This document shows, one piece after another, positions 1 through 8,998 of a stretch of DNA of 64,000 nucleotides. Source of the stretch: Alphaproteobacteria bacterium (lineage in GTDB: Bacteria; Pseudomonadota; Alphaproteobacteria; CALKHQ01); NCBI GenBank assembly GCA_965227515.1, contig CBDDFZ010000001.1, positions 3,008,001 through 3,072,000 on the forward strand, read 5' to 3'. The position numbers and the translations under genes were made by a program. Below the pieces are notes generated by a model that was not told where the DNA came from, made no database searches, and saw only the letters and a program-made list of their open reading frames with translations. The first letter of the stretch is position 1. Each line of letters starts with the position of its first letter.

Positions 1-240
1 CTCGCGCCCGTCGATCTTCGGCATGTTGAGGTCGAGCAGGATGAGGCCGGGGTAGGGCTCACCGGCTCGGTCGGCGTAAGGGCCCTCGCGATGCAGGTAC
101 TGCAGCAGTTCCTCGCCGTCCTCGACAAAGTCGATCGGGTTGTTCACGCGCTTCTCGGCGAACGCCTCCTCGATCATCAACCTGTCGTCAATGTCGTCGT
201 CGGCTACGAGAATGCTGATAGGGCGCGCCGAGCGGGTCAT
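1..240 (-). CDS. Response regulator receiver protein (Rcp1/CheY-like), truncated at the window edge
   Basis: Not in the ORF track. Translated by hand from the ATG at 240: MTRSARPISILVADDDIDDRLMIEEAF...PGLILLDLNMPKIDGRE. It has the acidic pocket and the phospho-Asp motif LLDLNMP. The ATG overlaps the kinase stop codon (ATGA). Confidence 0.9.
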   Translation of the reverse strand, partial: MTRSARPISILVADDDIDDRLMIEEAFAEKRVNNPIDFVEDGEELLQYLHREGPYADRAGEPYPGLILLDLNMPKIDGRE

Positions 241-2390
241 ATCTCTTTCTCCAATTGGGCCTGCTTTGCGGGCAGTGTGAAATGGAATTTGGAGCCTTCG
301 CCCGGCGTGCTCTCGGCGGAAATGGTGCCGCCGTGCCGCTCGACGATCTTGCGGCAGGTCGCAAGGCCGATGCCGGTGCCCTCGTATTCATTGCGGCCGT
401 GCAGCCGCTGGAAGATGGCGAAGATGCGCTCGACATACTTCATGTCGAAACCGATGCCGTTGTCGGTGATGGTGAAGGTGTAGAAGCTGCTGTTTTCCTT
501 CGGCCGCTCGCAGGTCATCGGCCGGCCCGCCTGATCGTACGCCTGGATGGTGATTTCCGGGCGAACGTCGGGGCGCCGGTATTTCAGCGCGTTCGACAGC
601 ACGTTCTGGAACAGCATCCGCATCTGCAGCGGGTCGGCGTCCATCTCCGGCAGCGGACCGATCTGCAGGTCGGCTTCGTGCTCCTCGATCGCCACTTGCA
701 GGTCGCTGACGACTTCCTCGACAATCCGGCCCAGCGACACCGAGGTGAAGGGGCGTGCCTTGGTGGTGACGCGCGAATATGCCAGCAGGTCGTTGATCAA
801 CACCCGCATCCGGTCGGCCGCATTCAGCATGCGGTCCAGGTACATCTTGGCCTTTTCGTCCAGGCTGTCGCTGGCATTGGTGCGCAGCCGGCCGCCAAAA
901 GCCTCGATCTTGCGGAGCGGCTCCTGCAAGTCGTGGGACGCCACGAAGGCGAAGTCCTGCAACTCGCGGTTCGAGCGCTCCAGCGCCGTCTCGCGTTCCT
1001 TCAGGTCGGAGACGTCGGTGTGCAACACCACGGTGCTGCCCTCGGCGGTGCGCCGCTCGTTGACCAGGATCCAGCTTCCGTTCGGCAACCGGCGCTCGAC
1101 GCAGAACTGGCCCTGCTCGTGCTGGTGCATGTGCTCGCGGAAGCGCTCCTCCGGATCGTCGTCCTCGTCGTCGGTCGGGTTGTTGGCGATCTCGGCGCGC
1201 ACGACCGATTCGTAGGAGACGCCCTTCTCGACCTGGTTCTGCAGGAACGGATAGAGCTCTAGGAACAGGCTGTTGCAGGTGACCAGCCGGTCGTTCTTGT
1301 CATAGACGACAAGCCCCTGCGGGATGCTCTCGATGATGGTCTCGCGGGTCCGGGCCTCGGCGGAGGCGGCGGCCAGCTCGGCCTCCTTGATCCGCGTCTG
1401 GTCCAGGATGACGCCGTCCCACACCACCGATCCGTCGGACGCGCGATGGGGGCGCGCGATGGCATGGGTGAACTTGCGCTCGCCGGTGCGGGTGATGATG
1501 GTGGCCTCGACGTCCCACATCTGAAGTTCCTGGGACGCGGCCAACAGGCGCTCGCGGAATGTCGAATAGTATTCGGCGCCATGACAATCGAACAACGCCT
1601 GGGGGTCGGCGACGATCTCTTCCGGCGACACGCCGAACAGGTCGTGCGCGGCATCGCTGATGTAGGTGTAGCGGATGTCGCCATCGGGGCGGACGACGCG
1701 GCGGTAGATGACGCCCGGCACGGACTTGGCGAGCGACGAGAACCGCTCGTCTGCGGCGGCCAGTGCCACCTGCTGCTGCTCGACCTGGATGGCGCATTTG
1801 GCCATGTCGAGCAGGGTCGCGAACACGCGCTGGTCGACCGGCGACGGCGCGGTCGCGGTGTCGAAGAAGGCGGCAAGCACGGCAATAATCTGGTTGTCGC
1901 CGTTCTTGATCGGCGCACACCACGCGGCCTTGGGATCGATGGCGCCGAGCCGGCGCGCCAAGGCCTCTAGCTCAAGTTCGCCAGGGACCGTGAACTGTCG
2001 CAGGTTGTGGTCGGACGCGGGGCTGGCGCTTGCCGATGTCCACTGGTCTACGAGGCCCCGGAAGGCGCCGTCCATGGGCGGATCGGTGCGGGACAGCTCT
2101 TCGTCGGCGTGGGTGACGCAATCGTCGGCCTGGACGATCACGCATAGCTGCGCCGGCGTGGTCTGTTCGGCGAGGCGAACCAGGTTGGCCAGCGTGGACA
2201 GCAGGTTCTCGCTGTCAGAGATGCGATCCAGAATCGCGCTCTGGCGCGACAACAGCAGATCCAACCGCTCCAGGTCGGACCTTGGCGCGGCAGGCTCGGA
2301 TTCGGCAATGCCGTGACGCGCCAGCGCCTCGGGCGCGACGACGTCTTGGTCCGAGGCAGTGTTGTCGAGTTTATGAACGGCTGTCTTCAT
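237..2390 (-). CDS. Cytoplasmic sensor histidine kinase (GAF-like, PAS, PAS, HisKA, HATPase)
   Basis: H-box ASHDLQEPLRKI, N-box QNVLSNALKY, G1 DNGIG, F-box IFQRLH, G2 GTGIGL. PAS-like segments are present and no TM helix is evident. The start could be 2390 (ATG) or 2417. Confidence 0.92.
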   Translation of the reverse strand: MKTAVHKLDNTASDQDVVAPEALARHGIAESEPAAPRSDLERLDLLLSRQSAILDRISDSENLLSTLANLVRLAEQTTPAQLCVIVQADDCVTHADEELSRTDPPMDGAFRGLVDQWTSASASPASDHNLRQFTVPGELELEALARRLGAIDPKAAWCAPIKNGDNQIIAVLAAFFDTATAPSPVDQRVFATLLDMAKCAIQVEQQQVALAAADERFSSLAKSVPGVIYRRVVRPDGDIRYTYISDAAHDLFGVSPEEIVADPQALFDCHGAEYYSTFRERLLAASQELQMWDVEATIITRTGERKFTHAIARPHRASDGSVVWDGVILDQTRIKEAELAAASAEARTRETIIESIPQGLVVYDKNDRLVTCNSLFLELYPFLQNQVEKGVSYESVVRAEIANNPTDDEDDDPEERFREHMHQHEQGQFCVERRLPNGSWILVNERRTAEGSTVVLHTDVSDLKERETALERSNRELQDFAFVASHDLQEPLRKIEAFGGRLRTNASDSLDEKAKMYLDRMLNAADRMRVLINDLLAYSRVTTKARPFTSVSLGRIVEEVVSDLQVAIEEHEADLQIGPLPEMDADPLQMRMLFQNVLSNALKYRRPDVRPEITIQAYDQAGRPMTCERPKENSSFYTFTITDNGIGFDMKYVERIFAIFQRLHGRNEYEGTGIGLATCRKIVERHGGTISAESTPGEGSKFHFTLPAKQAQLEKEI

Positions 2391-2507
2391 GTGCGTGTTC
2401 GCCCCATTTGAACGCACCGTAAAGGTTTCGCGTCGATGTCTTCAGTGTCGGTTGAGTTAGTGTTTCGGCGCATTGAAGTCGTCTGCGGTGAAGATGCCCT
2501 GCACAGT

Positions 2508-2574
2508 TTAATTTTTCGTTATGTTGTCAATTTCTAGGTGTCGGTAATAAACGCAAAATTAGGCTAAGTTTAAC
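2508..2574. promoter_or_regulatory. Two CtrA-like boxes in an AT-rich divergent promoter
   Basis: TTAA-tttttcg-TTAT at 2508-2522 and TTAG-gctaagt-TTAAC at 2559-2574. Each has one mismatch to TTAA-N7-TTAA. Confidence 0.4.
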
Positions 2575-2624
2575 CCCCGTATTCTAAATGATATGCGTCT
2601 CGTACAGATTGGACCGCAAACGAT

Positions 2625-3842
2625 ATGAGCCTGTACCCAATCGGTGGCGCACTCGCGCACTTCGAGCCTGTTGAGCATGCGGCGGTCAAGCGCCGCACCG
2701 GGCGCGAAGACGTTCTGTTGCAGCAGGTCGAGAGGCTGCTGGCCAAGGCGCGCCTGGCAGTCATCCATGCCGGCAACCGCGAAGAGGATGGCGCTGTCAT
2801 CTTCCAGACGCTGAACACGCGTTCCTGGAAGAGCTATGAGTCCGTGGCCCACGACATTTCGGCGGCGCTGCGCCGGGTTGGCGCGCGCCACGTCACGGTC
2901 ATGCCCGAGGACATGCGCCTGGGCGAGCGCCTGCGCCAGGAATGCACCCATATGGCGTGGCTGAACACCGGCGGCGTGCAGGGCTACGACCCGGTGTGCC
3001 ACGCGCCGGCGATGCTGGAGCTGTTCGGCATTCCCTATATCGGGCACGACCCGCTGGTCGCCAGCACCCTGGACAACAAGCACGCCTTCAAGCGCGAGCT
3101 GCAGGCCTTCGGTCTGCCGACCGCGCGATTCATGACGTGGCACATGCGGCGCGGCGACTTCGACGTGTCGTCCAACGCCCGGTTCCGCGAGGTCTTCAAC
3201 GACTACGAAGGGCCGTTCGTGGTGAAGCCGGTCTCCGGCCGCGCATCGCTGCATGTCCATATGGTGCCTGACCGTCAGGGCCTGGGCGAAGTGGTCGCCG
3301 ACGTCTACGAAAAGACCCACAATCACGTGTTGATCGAAGAGTTCCTGTCCGGGCGCGAGTTCTGCATCGCGGTTGGCGGGCCGGTTCTGTTCCGCGACGG
3401 CACCTGCACCCGGCTGCCCGGGCCGTTCGCGTTCTCGCCGCTGGAGCGGGTGCTGCAGCCGGACGAGGCGATCTTCACATCCATGGATGTGCGCCCGATC
3501 ACCGACGAGCGCTTTCGTGTGCTGCATCCGTCGACCGATGGACCGCTGATCGACGCCCTGTCGCAGCTGGCGTGCGAGGTGTTCGAGGACCTGAATCTCG
3601 AAACCCTGGTCCGCATGGACATCCGCGAGGACGGCAACGGCAAGCTGCACGTCCTGGAAGCCAATCCGAAGCCGGACCTGAAGGCCCCGTCAGCGCAGCA
3701 GACCAACCTGGTCTGCGCCGGTCTGGACCAGGTGGGCATGACCTATGACGACCTCATTCTCTCGATTCTGGCGGACCGCGTCGACCTGCTGTTCGGCCAG
3801 CGCCGCGGCACCGCTCACCATTTGTTAGCCCTGTTGGAATAG
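2625..3842 (+). CDS. D-Ala-D-Ala-ligase-like ATP-grasp protein (non-canonical)
   Basis: Motifs LELFGIPYIG, DNKHAFK, PFVVKPVSG, VLIEEFLSGREF, RMDIR and LEANPKP follow the ATP-grasp/Ddl layout. Confidence 0.8.
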   Translation: MSLYPIGGALAHFEPVEHAAVKRRTGREDVLLQQVERLLAKARLAVIHAGNREEDGAVIFQTLNTRSWKSYESVAHDISAALRRVGARHVTVMPEDMRLGERLRQECTHMAWLNTGGVQGYDPVCHAPAMLELFGIPYIGHDPLVASTLDNKHAFKRELQAFGLPTARFMTWHMRRGDFDVSSNARFREVFNDYEGPFVVKPVSGRASLHVHMVPDRQGLGEVVADVYEKTHNHVLIEEFLSGREFCIAVGGPVLFRDGTCTRLPGPFAFSPLERVLQPDEAIFTSMDVRPITDERFRVLHPSTDGPLIDALSQLACEVFEDLNLETLVRMDIREDGNGKLHVLEANPKPDLKAPSAQQTNLVCAGLDQVGMTYDDLILSILADRVDLLFGQRRGTAHHLLALLE

Positions 3843-3872
3843 ACCAGAGCGTCGCATCCCGGACCCCACACG

Positions 3873-6296
3873 ATGATCTCGACAGGACAATTCAAACAGC
3901 GTCTCATCGACTCCGCCACGATGTTCGTGGTCTCGGGGGTTTCGCTGTTGCTGCTGATGTACATTGCGTTCGGCGAGGCCCAACGCACCCATCAGCAGTA
4001 CTATGTCGAGAAGCTGGCCGCGCAGGCCAAGGTGATCCAGATCTCGTTGGAGAACTACCTGCGTCCGGGCCTGCCGCTGACCCAGTATGCGGGCTTCACC
4101 ACCAAGGCGGAGCCCATCGTCGCGTCGGACGACTCGATCACCGCGCTGAGCGTATTCACCAGCAACGGCGACGCGCTGTTCAGCGCCGGCGACCTGTCGA
4201 TTCCACTGCTGTTCACGCCGCTGGACCTGGATCGCGACACTCAGCCCGACTACCAGGTCGATTCCAGCGAGACCTACATCCAGGTCGTGCTGCCGCTGCG
4301 CAACCGGTTCGAGACCGTGGGCCACCTCGCCATTACCATGGAACGGGTGGCGGTGACCGACCGGGTAGAGGACATTTTCGGGCCGTTGCTCTATGTCGCG
4401 CTCGGCCTGTCGGTCGCGTTTGCCGTGTTCGTCGCCATCGGCAGTCCGCGGTTCGCCCATGCCCGCTTTCCTTGGCTGCAGGTCGGTTTTTCCTGCACCT
4501 TCATCACCATGGCGGTGTTCGTCGTCGGGACGCTGATCGTTCTGTATTCGGAGGGCACCCAGGCGAAGGCGCGCGCGCTGGCGGACTCGCTGGGGCAGCG
4601 GCTGTCGGACCTGGTCAGCTTCGGCCTGAACCTGGACGAGATCTACGGCCTGGACGACATTTTCAACAACTACCTGCGCCTGAACCCCGACATCAGTGCC
4701 GCCGGCATTGCCGTGGATGGCGCGGTCAAGATCATCGACCAGGACCAGGTCGTCGACGAATGGGTGCCCGGCGGCAGCACATATCACTACATCGTCGACC
4801 TGACCCCGCCGGGCGGCGAGCGCGAGATCAGTGTGTTCGTGGCGCTGCCGGAGGCCGTGGTCTACCGCGAGATCATCCGCAGCGTGAAGAATTTCGCCGC
4901 GCTGTTCATTGCGTCGGCATTCCTGGCCGGTGTGTTCCTGCAGCTCGCGCGATCCATGCAACGCTTGCGCCTGCGCTTCGAGCAAGGCGCGTCACCCGAC
5001 CCGCATGGCGATACCGGCGAGGCGGCGCTGAGCCTGGTCAAGCCCGTGTTCTTCCTGGCCGTGCTCGTGGAGCACCTGACCTATTCGTTCCTGCCGCAGT
5101 ATATCAATGGCATCGTCGAGGAGGCGCAGCTCTCGCCGTCCATCGTGTCTGCGCCGTTCATGCTCTACTACCTGTTCTTCGCGCTGTCGCTGATCCCCGC
5201 CGGGCATTTCGCGCAACGGTCCAGCCCCAAGCCGCTGATGTATGTCGGCCTGCTGCTGTCCGCCGTCGGCCTGGTGATGCTGGCGCTGCCGGGCGACATC
5301 GCGCTGGTCATCCTGGCGCGCGCCATTTCCGGCATCGGCCAGGGCATGCTGTTCATCGGCGTGCAGTCCTACATCCTGACCATGGCCTCGCCCGACCGTA
5401 AGACCCAGGGCGCCGCCATCATCGTGTTCGGCTTCCAGGGCGGCATGATCTCCGGCATGGCGGTCGGCTCGCTGCTGGTCACCTTCATCGGGCCGGAAGC
5501 GGTGTTCGTCGTCGCCGGCGCCATTGCAGCCGCGGTGGCCGTGTATGCGCTGATGATCGTGCCGACGCCGAAGCGTGTGGAGACGGTCACCCAGACCATC
5601 GGCGAGAACGTGCGCCAGATCCTGAGCACCATGATGCAGGTGACGCGCGACATCCAGTTCCTGAAGACCATGTTCCTGATCGGCATTCCGGCGAAGGCCA
5701 TCCTGACCGGCATCATCATCTTCGCGCTGCCGCTGCTGCTGTCCGAACGCGGTTATCCGCAAGAGGACATCGGCCAGATCATCATGGTCTATGCCGCCGG
5801 CGTCATCATCGCCAGCGGGCTGGTCTCGCGGGTCGCGGACCGGCTGGGCAACACCCACATGATCTTGTTCTGGGGCGCGATCATCAGTGGCGTCGGCCTG
5901 GTCGCCGTCGGCTGTATCGGCCTCGACGTCGTCGCCGAGAGCCGCGATGCCAACCTGATCGAGGCCGCACTCCTGATCGGCGGCGTGGCCATCGTCGGCA
6001 TCGCCCACGGCTTCATCAATGCCCCGGTGGTGACCCACGTGGCCGACTCCAGCCTCAGCCAGTCGGTCGGCTCCAGCTCATTGACCGCGACATACCGCTT
6101 CCTGGAACGGATCGGGCATGTCGCCGGACCCATCATTATCGGCCAGTTGTTCGTATTCGCCGGGGCCGATGCCGAGGTGTTGGCCTGGGTCGGCGGCGCG
6201 GTGGCCATCCTCGGTGTCTTGTTCCTGATCGGGGCCGAGCCCGGTCGCGCCTTCGCCGCGCGCATGATGAACACTCCAAAACGGGAGACAGTCTGA
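3873..6296 (+). CDS. MFS transporter with a ~380-aa N-terminal extension containing two periplasmic domains
   Basis: The C-terminal ~420 aa has an MFS-like TM pattern with loop motifs (GHFAQRSSPK, SRVADRLG, ARAISGIG). The N-terminal part reads as TM-soluble-TM-TM-soluble-TM. Confidence 0.8.
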   Translation: MISTGQFKQRLIDSATMFVVSGVSLLLLMYIAFGEAQRTHQQYYVEKLAAQAKVIQISLENYLRPGLPLTQYAGFTTKAEPIVASDDSITALSVFTSNGDALFSAGDLSIPLLFTPLDLDRDTQPDYQVDSSETYIQVVLPLRNRFETVGHLAITMERVAVTDRVEDIFGPLLYVALGLSVAFAVFVAIGSPRFAHARFPWLQVGFSCTFITMAVFVVGTLIVLYSEGTQAKARALADSLGQRLSDLVSFGLNLDEIYGLDDIFNNYLRLNPDISAAGIAVDGAVKIIDQDQVVDEWVPGGSTYHYIVDLTPPGGEREISVFVALPEAVVYREIIRSVKNFAALFIASAFLAGVFLQLARSMQRLRLRFEQGASPDPHGDTGEAALSLVKPVFFLAVLVEHLTYSFLPQYINGIVEEAQLSPSIVSAPFMLYYLFFALSLIPAGHFAQRSSPKPLMYVGLLLSAVGLVMLALPGDIALVILARAISGIGQGMLFIGVQSYILTMASPDRKTQGAAIIVFGFQGGMISGMAVGSLLVTFIGPEAVFVVAGAIAAAVAVYALMIVPTPKRVETVTQTIGENVRQILSTMMQVTRDIQFLKTMFLIGIPAKAILTGIIIFALPLLLSERGYPQEDIGQIIMVYAAGVIIASGLVSRVADRLGNTHMILFWGAIISGVGLVAVGCIGLDVVAESRDANLIEAALLIGGVAIVGIAHGFINAPVVTHVADSSLSQSVGSSSLTATYRFLERIGHVAGPIIIGQLFVFAGADAEVLAWVGGAVAILGVLFLIGAEPGRAFAARMMNTPKRETV

Positions 6297-7504
6297 TGTT
6301 GAAGTGCAGGATCGCACGCAATGCCTTGGCAGGCGCCATCGGCGCTCTTGCGCTAGGCACGGCATGGTTGAACGCGGGGGCCGCTGCGGCCGCCGAGCAT
6401 TATTCCGAATGGTTCTCGTTCGGCGACAGCGCCGAAGTGAACTGGATGACGGTGCCTGTGGAGGGCGACGCCAACCAGGTGGTCATCCAGCGCAAGTACC
6501 TGGAGCCGACCGCCGAGACCGAGCACGTCATGGTGATGTACACCAAGCCGTCGTCGGCCTATGAGGTCGCCATCACCAAGATCCTGGAGATCTTCGAGGC
6601 CAAGGAGCTGAACGTCCAGATCACCGTGGTGAACACCGAGCGCGAGGACGCGCGCGCGGTGGCGGCGCTGGACCAGGCGGCCTCCATGGGCAGCGGCCTG
6701 ATCTTCTCCATGGGCTCCGACGCCACCATCTGGCTGTGGGAGCACTATCGCGGCGGCAGCATTCCGGTGGTCTCGGTCTGCTCCAAGGACCCGGTCGTGC
6801 TGGGCCAGATCGACTCCTATGACGAGGGCACCGGCACCAACTTCGCCTTCACCTCGCTGAACATGCCGATCGAAGTGCAGATGGCCTATGTGCTGGAGCT
6901 GAAGCCGGACCTGAAGAACTTCGCCGTTCTGGTCGACGGGTCCAACATCAGCGCGGTCGAGACCCAGGCCAACCCGATCTCCGAGTTCGCCCGCACCCTG
7001 GGCGTGCAGGTGCTCTACCTGGAGGTCAAGGACTCCAACAACGCACAGGAAGAGCTGGTCGACCTGGTCGGCGGCGCGGTCTCCGCGATGGAGCGCAACG
7101 ACCCGACCCTGGACAACAGCGTGTTCTGGGTCACCGGCTCCACTTCCGTGTTCCGTGAGATCGAGACCATCAATGCCTACTCCGACCGGGTGCCGGTGCT
7201 GAGCGTGGTGCCGGAAGTGGTGCAGGGTGGCCCGGACAGCGCCGTGCTGTCGATTGGCGTCAGCTTCGAGTCCAACGCCCACCTGGCCGCGGTCTATGGC
7301 GCCGACGTGCTGCAGGAGCCGGGCCTGGTCGGCCAGCTGCCGGTCGGCATCGTCTCGCCGCCCGACATCGCCATCAACTTCATGCGCGCCCGCGCCATCG
7401 AGCTGGAGGTGCCGTTCACCTTCTTCGAGAGCGCCAGCACCGTCTACGACAACGAGGGCATGCTGGTGCGCAGCAACGGCGAATCCGTCGTCGAAGTGAA
7501 CTGA
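6296..7504 (+). CDS. Periplasmic solute-binding protein (ABC_sub_bind-like)
   Basis: Sec-type signal peptide ending AAAAA-E. Type-I periplasmic-binding-protein-like motifs (LIFSMGSDA, IPVVSV, LSIGVSF). Translationally coupled to the MFS gene (TGATG). Confidence 0.75.
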   Translation: MLKCRIARNALAGAIGALALGTAWLNAGAAAAAEHYSEWFSFGDSAEVNWMTVPVEGDANQVVIQRKYLEPTAETEHVMVMYTKPSSAYEVAITKILEIFEAKELNVQITVVNTEREDARAVAALDQAASMGSGLIFSMGSDATIWLWEHYRGGSIPVVSVCSKDPVVLGQIDSYDEGTGTNFAFTSLNMPIEVQMAYVLELKPDLKNFAVLVDGSNISAVETQANPISEFARTLGVQVLYLEVKDSNNAQEELVDLVGGAVSAMERNDPTLDNSVFWVTGSTSVFREIETINAYSDRVPVLSVVPEVVQGGPDSAVLSIGVSFESNAHLAAVYGADVLQEPGLVGQLPVGIVSPPDIAINFMRARAIELEVPFTFFESASTVYDNEGMLVRSNGESVVEVN

Positions 7505-7552
7505 GGTCTCTACCGGCCCTCACCGGGGCCGCATAACCTCAAGCCTGTTCTG

Positions 7553-7587
7553 AGGGGCAATCGCCATCGCGCGGTTGCCCCTTTTTT
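7553..7587 (+). terminator. Rho-independent terminator
   Basis: AGGGGCAA...TTGCCCCT stem followed by a T-tract, just after the binding-protein gene. Confidence 0.75.
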
Positions 7588-7719
7588 CTGAGCCGGGTGC
7601 GTTCCGCATGCATGGACGGCCGACGCTGCCCCCGACACGCGCATGTGACGCCGGCCGGCATTGGCGCGCGCCCCCACGGGCCCTACATTCCCTCCGAGAA
7701 CGAGAACCGGGAGCGTGCC

Positions 7720-8181
7720 ATGGCCCAAGCCAACACCGCCTACACGAAGACCGACGACGCCGTCAGCCGCCTGACGCGCGAGCAGTACCGCGTGACCCAG
7801 CAAAACGACACCGAGGCCCCGTTCTCCGGCGAATATGACAAGCATTTCGAGCCGGGCATCTATGTCGACATCGTCTCCGGCGAGCCGCTGTTCGCCTCGT
7901 CGGCCAAGTACAACTCCGGCTGCGGCTGGCCGGCCTTCACAAAGCCCATCGTCGCGGCCAATGTGACCGAGCTGCGTGACACCACCCATGGCATGATCCG
8001 CACCGAAGTGCGGTCGGCGAACGGCGACAGCCATCTGGGCCATGTGTTCCCGGACGGGCCGCCGGACCAGGGTGGCCTGCGCTACTGCATCAACTCGGCC
8101 AGCCTCAGGTTCGTGCCGAGGGCTGATATGGAAGCCCAGGGGTATGGCGCATACCTCGACCAGGTGGAGGACTCACAATGA
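7720..8181 (+). CDS. msrB: Peptide-methionine (R)-S-oxide reductase
   Basis: [20 protein letters not shown] and RYCINS motifs. ATG at 7720 follows a GGGAG-type RBS. Confidence 0.97.
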   Translation: MAQANTAYTKTDDAVSRLTREQYRVTQQNDTEAPFSGEYDKHFEPGIYVDIVSGEPLFASSAKYNSGCGWPAFTKPIVAANVTELRDTTHGMIRTEVRSANGDSHLGHVFPDGPPDQGGLRYCINSASLRFVPRADMEAQGYGAYLDQVEDSQ

Positions 8182-8684
8182 GCGAAAGGGCTGTGCTGGC
8201 CGGTGGCTGTTTCTGGGGCATGCAGGACCTGATCCGCAAGCTGCCGGGCGTTGAGGCGACCCGCGTGGGCTACACCGGCGGCGACGTGCAGAACGCCACC
8301 TACCGCAATCACGGCAGCCATGCCGAGGGGATCGAGATCGTGTTCGACCCCGGCACCATCAGCTACCGCCGGCTGCTGGAGTTCTTCTTCCAGATCCACG
8401 ACCCGACCACGCTCAACCGGCAGGGCAATGACCGCGGCCCCAGCTATCGCTCGGCGATCTACTACGTCGACGAGGCCCAGAAGGCGGTGGCGGAGGAGAC
8501 CATCGCCGACGTCAACGCCTCCGGCCTGTGGCCCGGCAAGGTGGTGACCGAGGTCGAGCCGGTGGGCGATTTCTGGGAGGCGGAGCCGGAGCACCAGGAC
8601 TATCTGGAGCGGGTGCCGTTCGGCTACACCTGCCACTTCCCGCGCCCCGACTGGGTGCTGCCTAAGCGCCAGGCCGCCGAGTAG
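8178..8684 (+). CDS. msrA: Peptide-methionine (S)-S-oxide reductase
   Basis: [18 protein letters not shown] and AEPEHQDY motifs. Overlaps the msrB stop. Confidence 0.97.
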   Translation: MSERAVLAGGCFWGMQDLIRKLPGVEATRVGYTGGDVQNATYRNHGSHAEGIEIVFDPGTISYRRLLEFFFQIHDPTTLNRQGNDRGPSYRSAIYYVDEAQKAVAEETIADVNASGLWPGKVVTEVEPVGDFWEAEPEHQDYLERVPFGYTCHFPRPDWVLPKRQAAE

Positions 8685-8704
8685 GGCCAACAGCGTTACC
8701 AGCC

Positions 8705-8900
8705 GCGTCGCCCCCCCAACGTCGGCCAATAGTCGGCGGCGTCGACATCCCACAGGATGACCACGCCGGTGCCCCGGGTTGTGGATCGGTCGCGGGCGAG
8801 GCGACCGGCTCGCTTACGTCCTCGTCCCGGGCCAGCATTGGGTTTGAGGGATCGTTACCGGCGCCCATGGGCCGAAGGTCGGCGGCGGCATGTAGTTCGG
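8705..8900 (-). pseudogene. Decayed partial duplicate of the toxin-like gene (matches ~12505-12810)
   Basis: A 43-bp block is identical between 8720-8762 and 12519-12561. A further diverged block translates as LRPMGAGNDPSNPMLARDEDVSEPVASP versus LRPIGAGIARSNPMLAWDEDANKPVASP. The copy has an internal deletion and indels. Confidence 0.85.
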
Positions 8901-8935
8901 CGCCAAGCTCATTTGGTGCATTGAAAATCATCTAT

Positions 8936-8963
8936 TTGTTCTCAGGAACATATGCGGTATAAC
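8936..8963 (+). promoter_or_regulatory. Putative sigma70 promoter overlapped by a TGTTC-N4-GAACA palindrome
   Basis: TTGTTC (8936-8941), 16-bp spacer, TATAAC (8958-8963). Palindrome at 8937-8950. Confidence 0.4.
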
Positions 8964-8998
8964 GTGCGCCGATAGAGACTTGTGCTAATGAGGCGGCT

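Noticed and set aside
237-2390. Bacteriophytochrome, suggested by the Cph1-like kinase core and Rcp1-like receiver
   Set aside because: No PAS-GAF-PHY photosensory module, and no DIP or PRxSF motif is visible. Only the kinase subtype is shared.
2625-3842. Canonical ddl or vancomycin-resistance ligase
   Set aside because: Key D-Ala-binding motifs are altered, and there are no mur, vanH or vanX neighbours.
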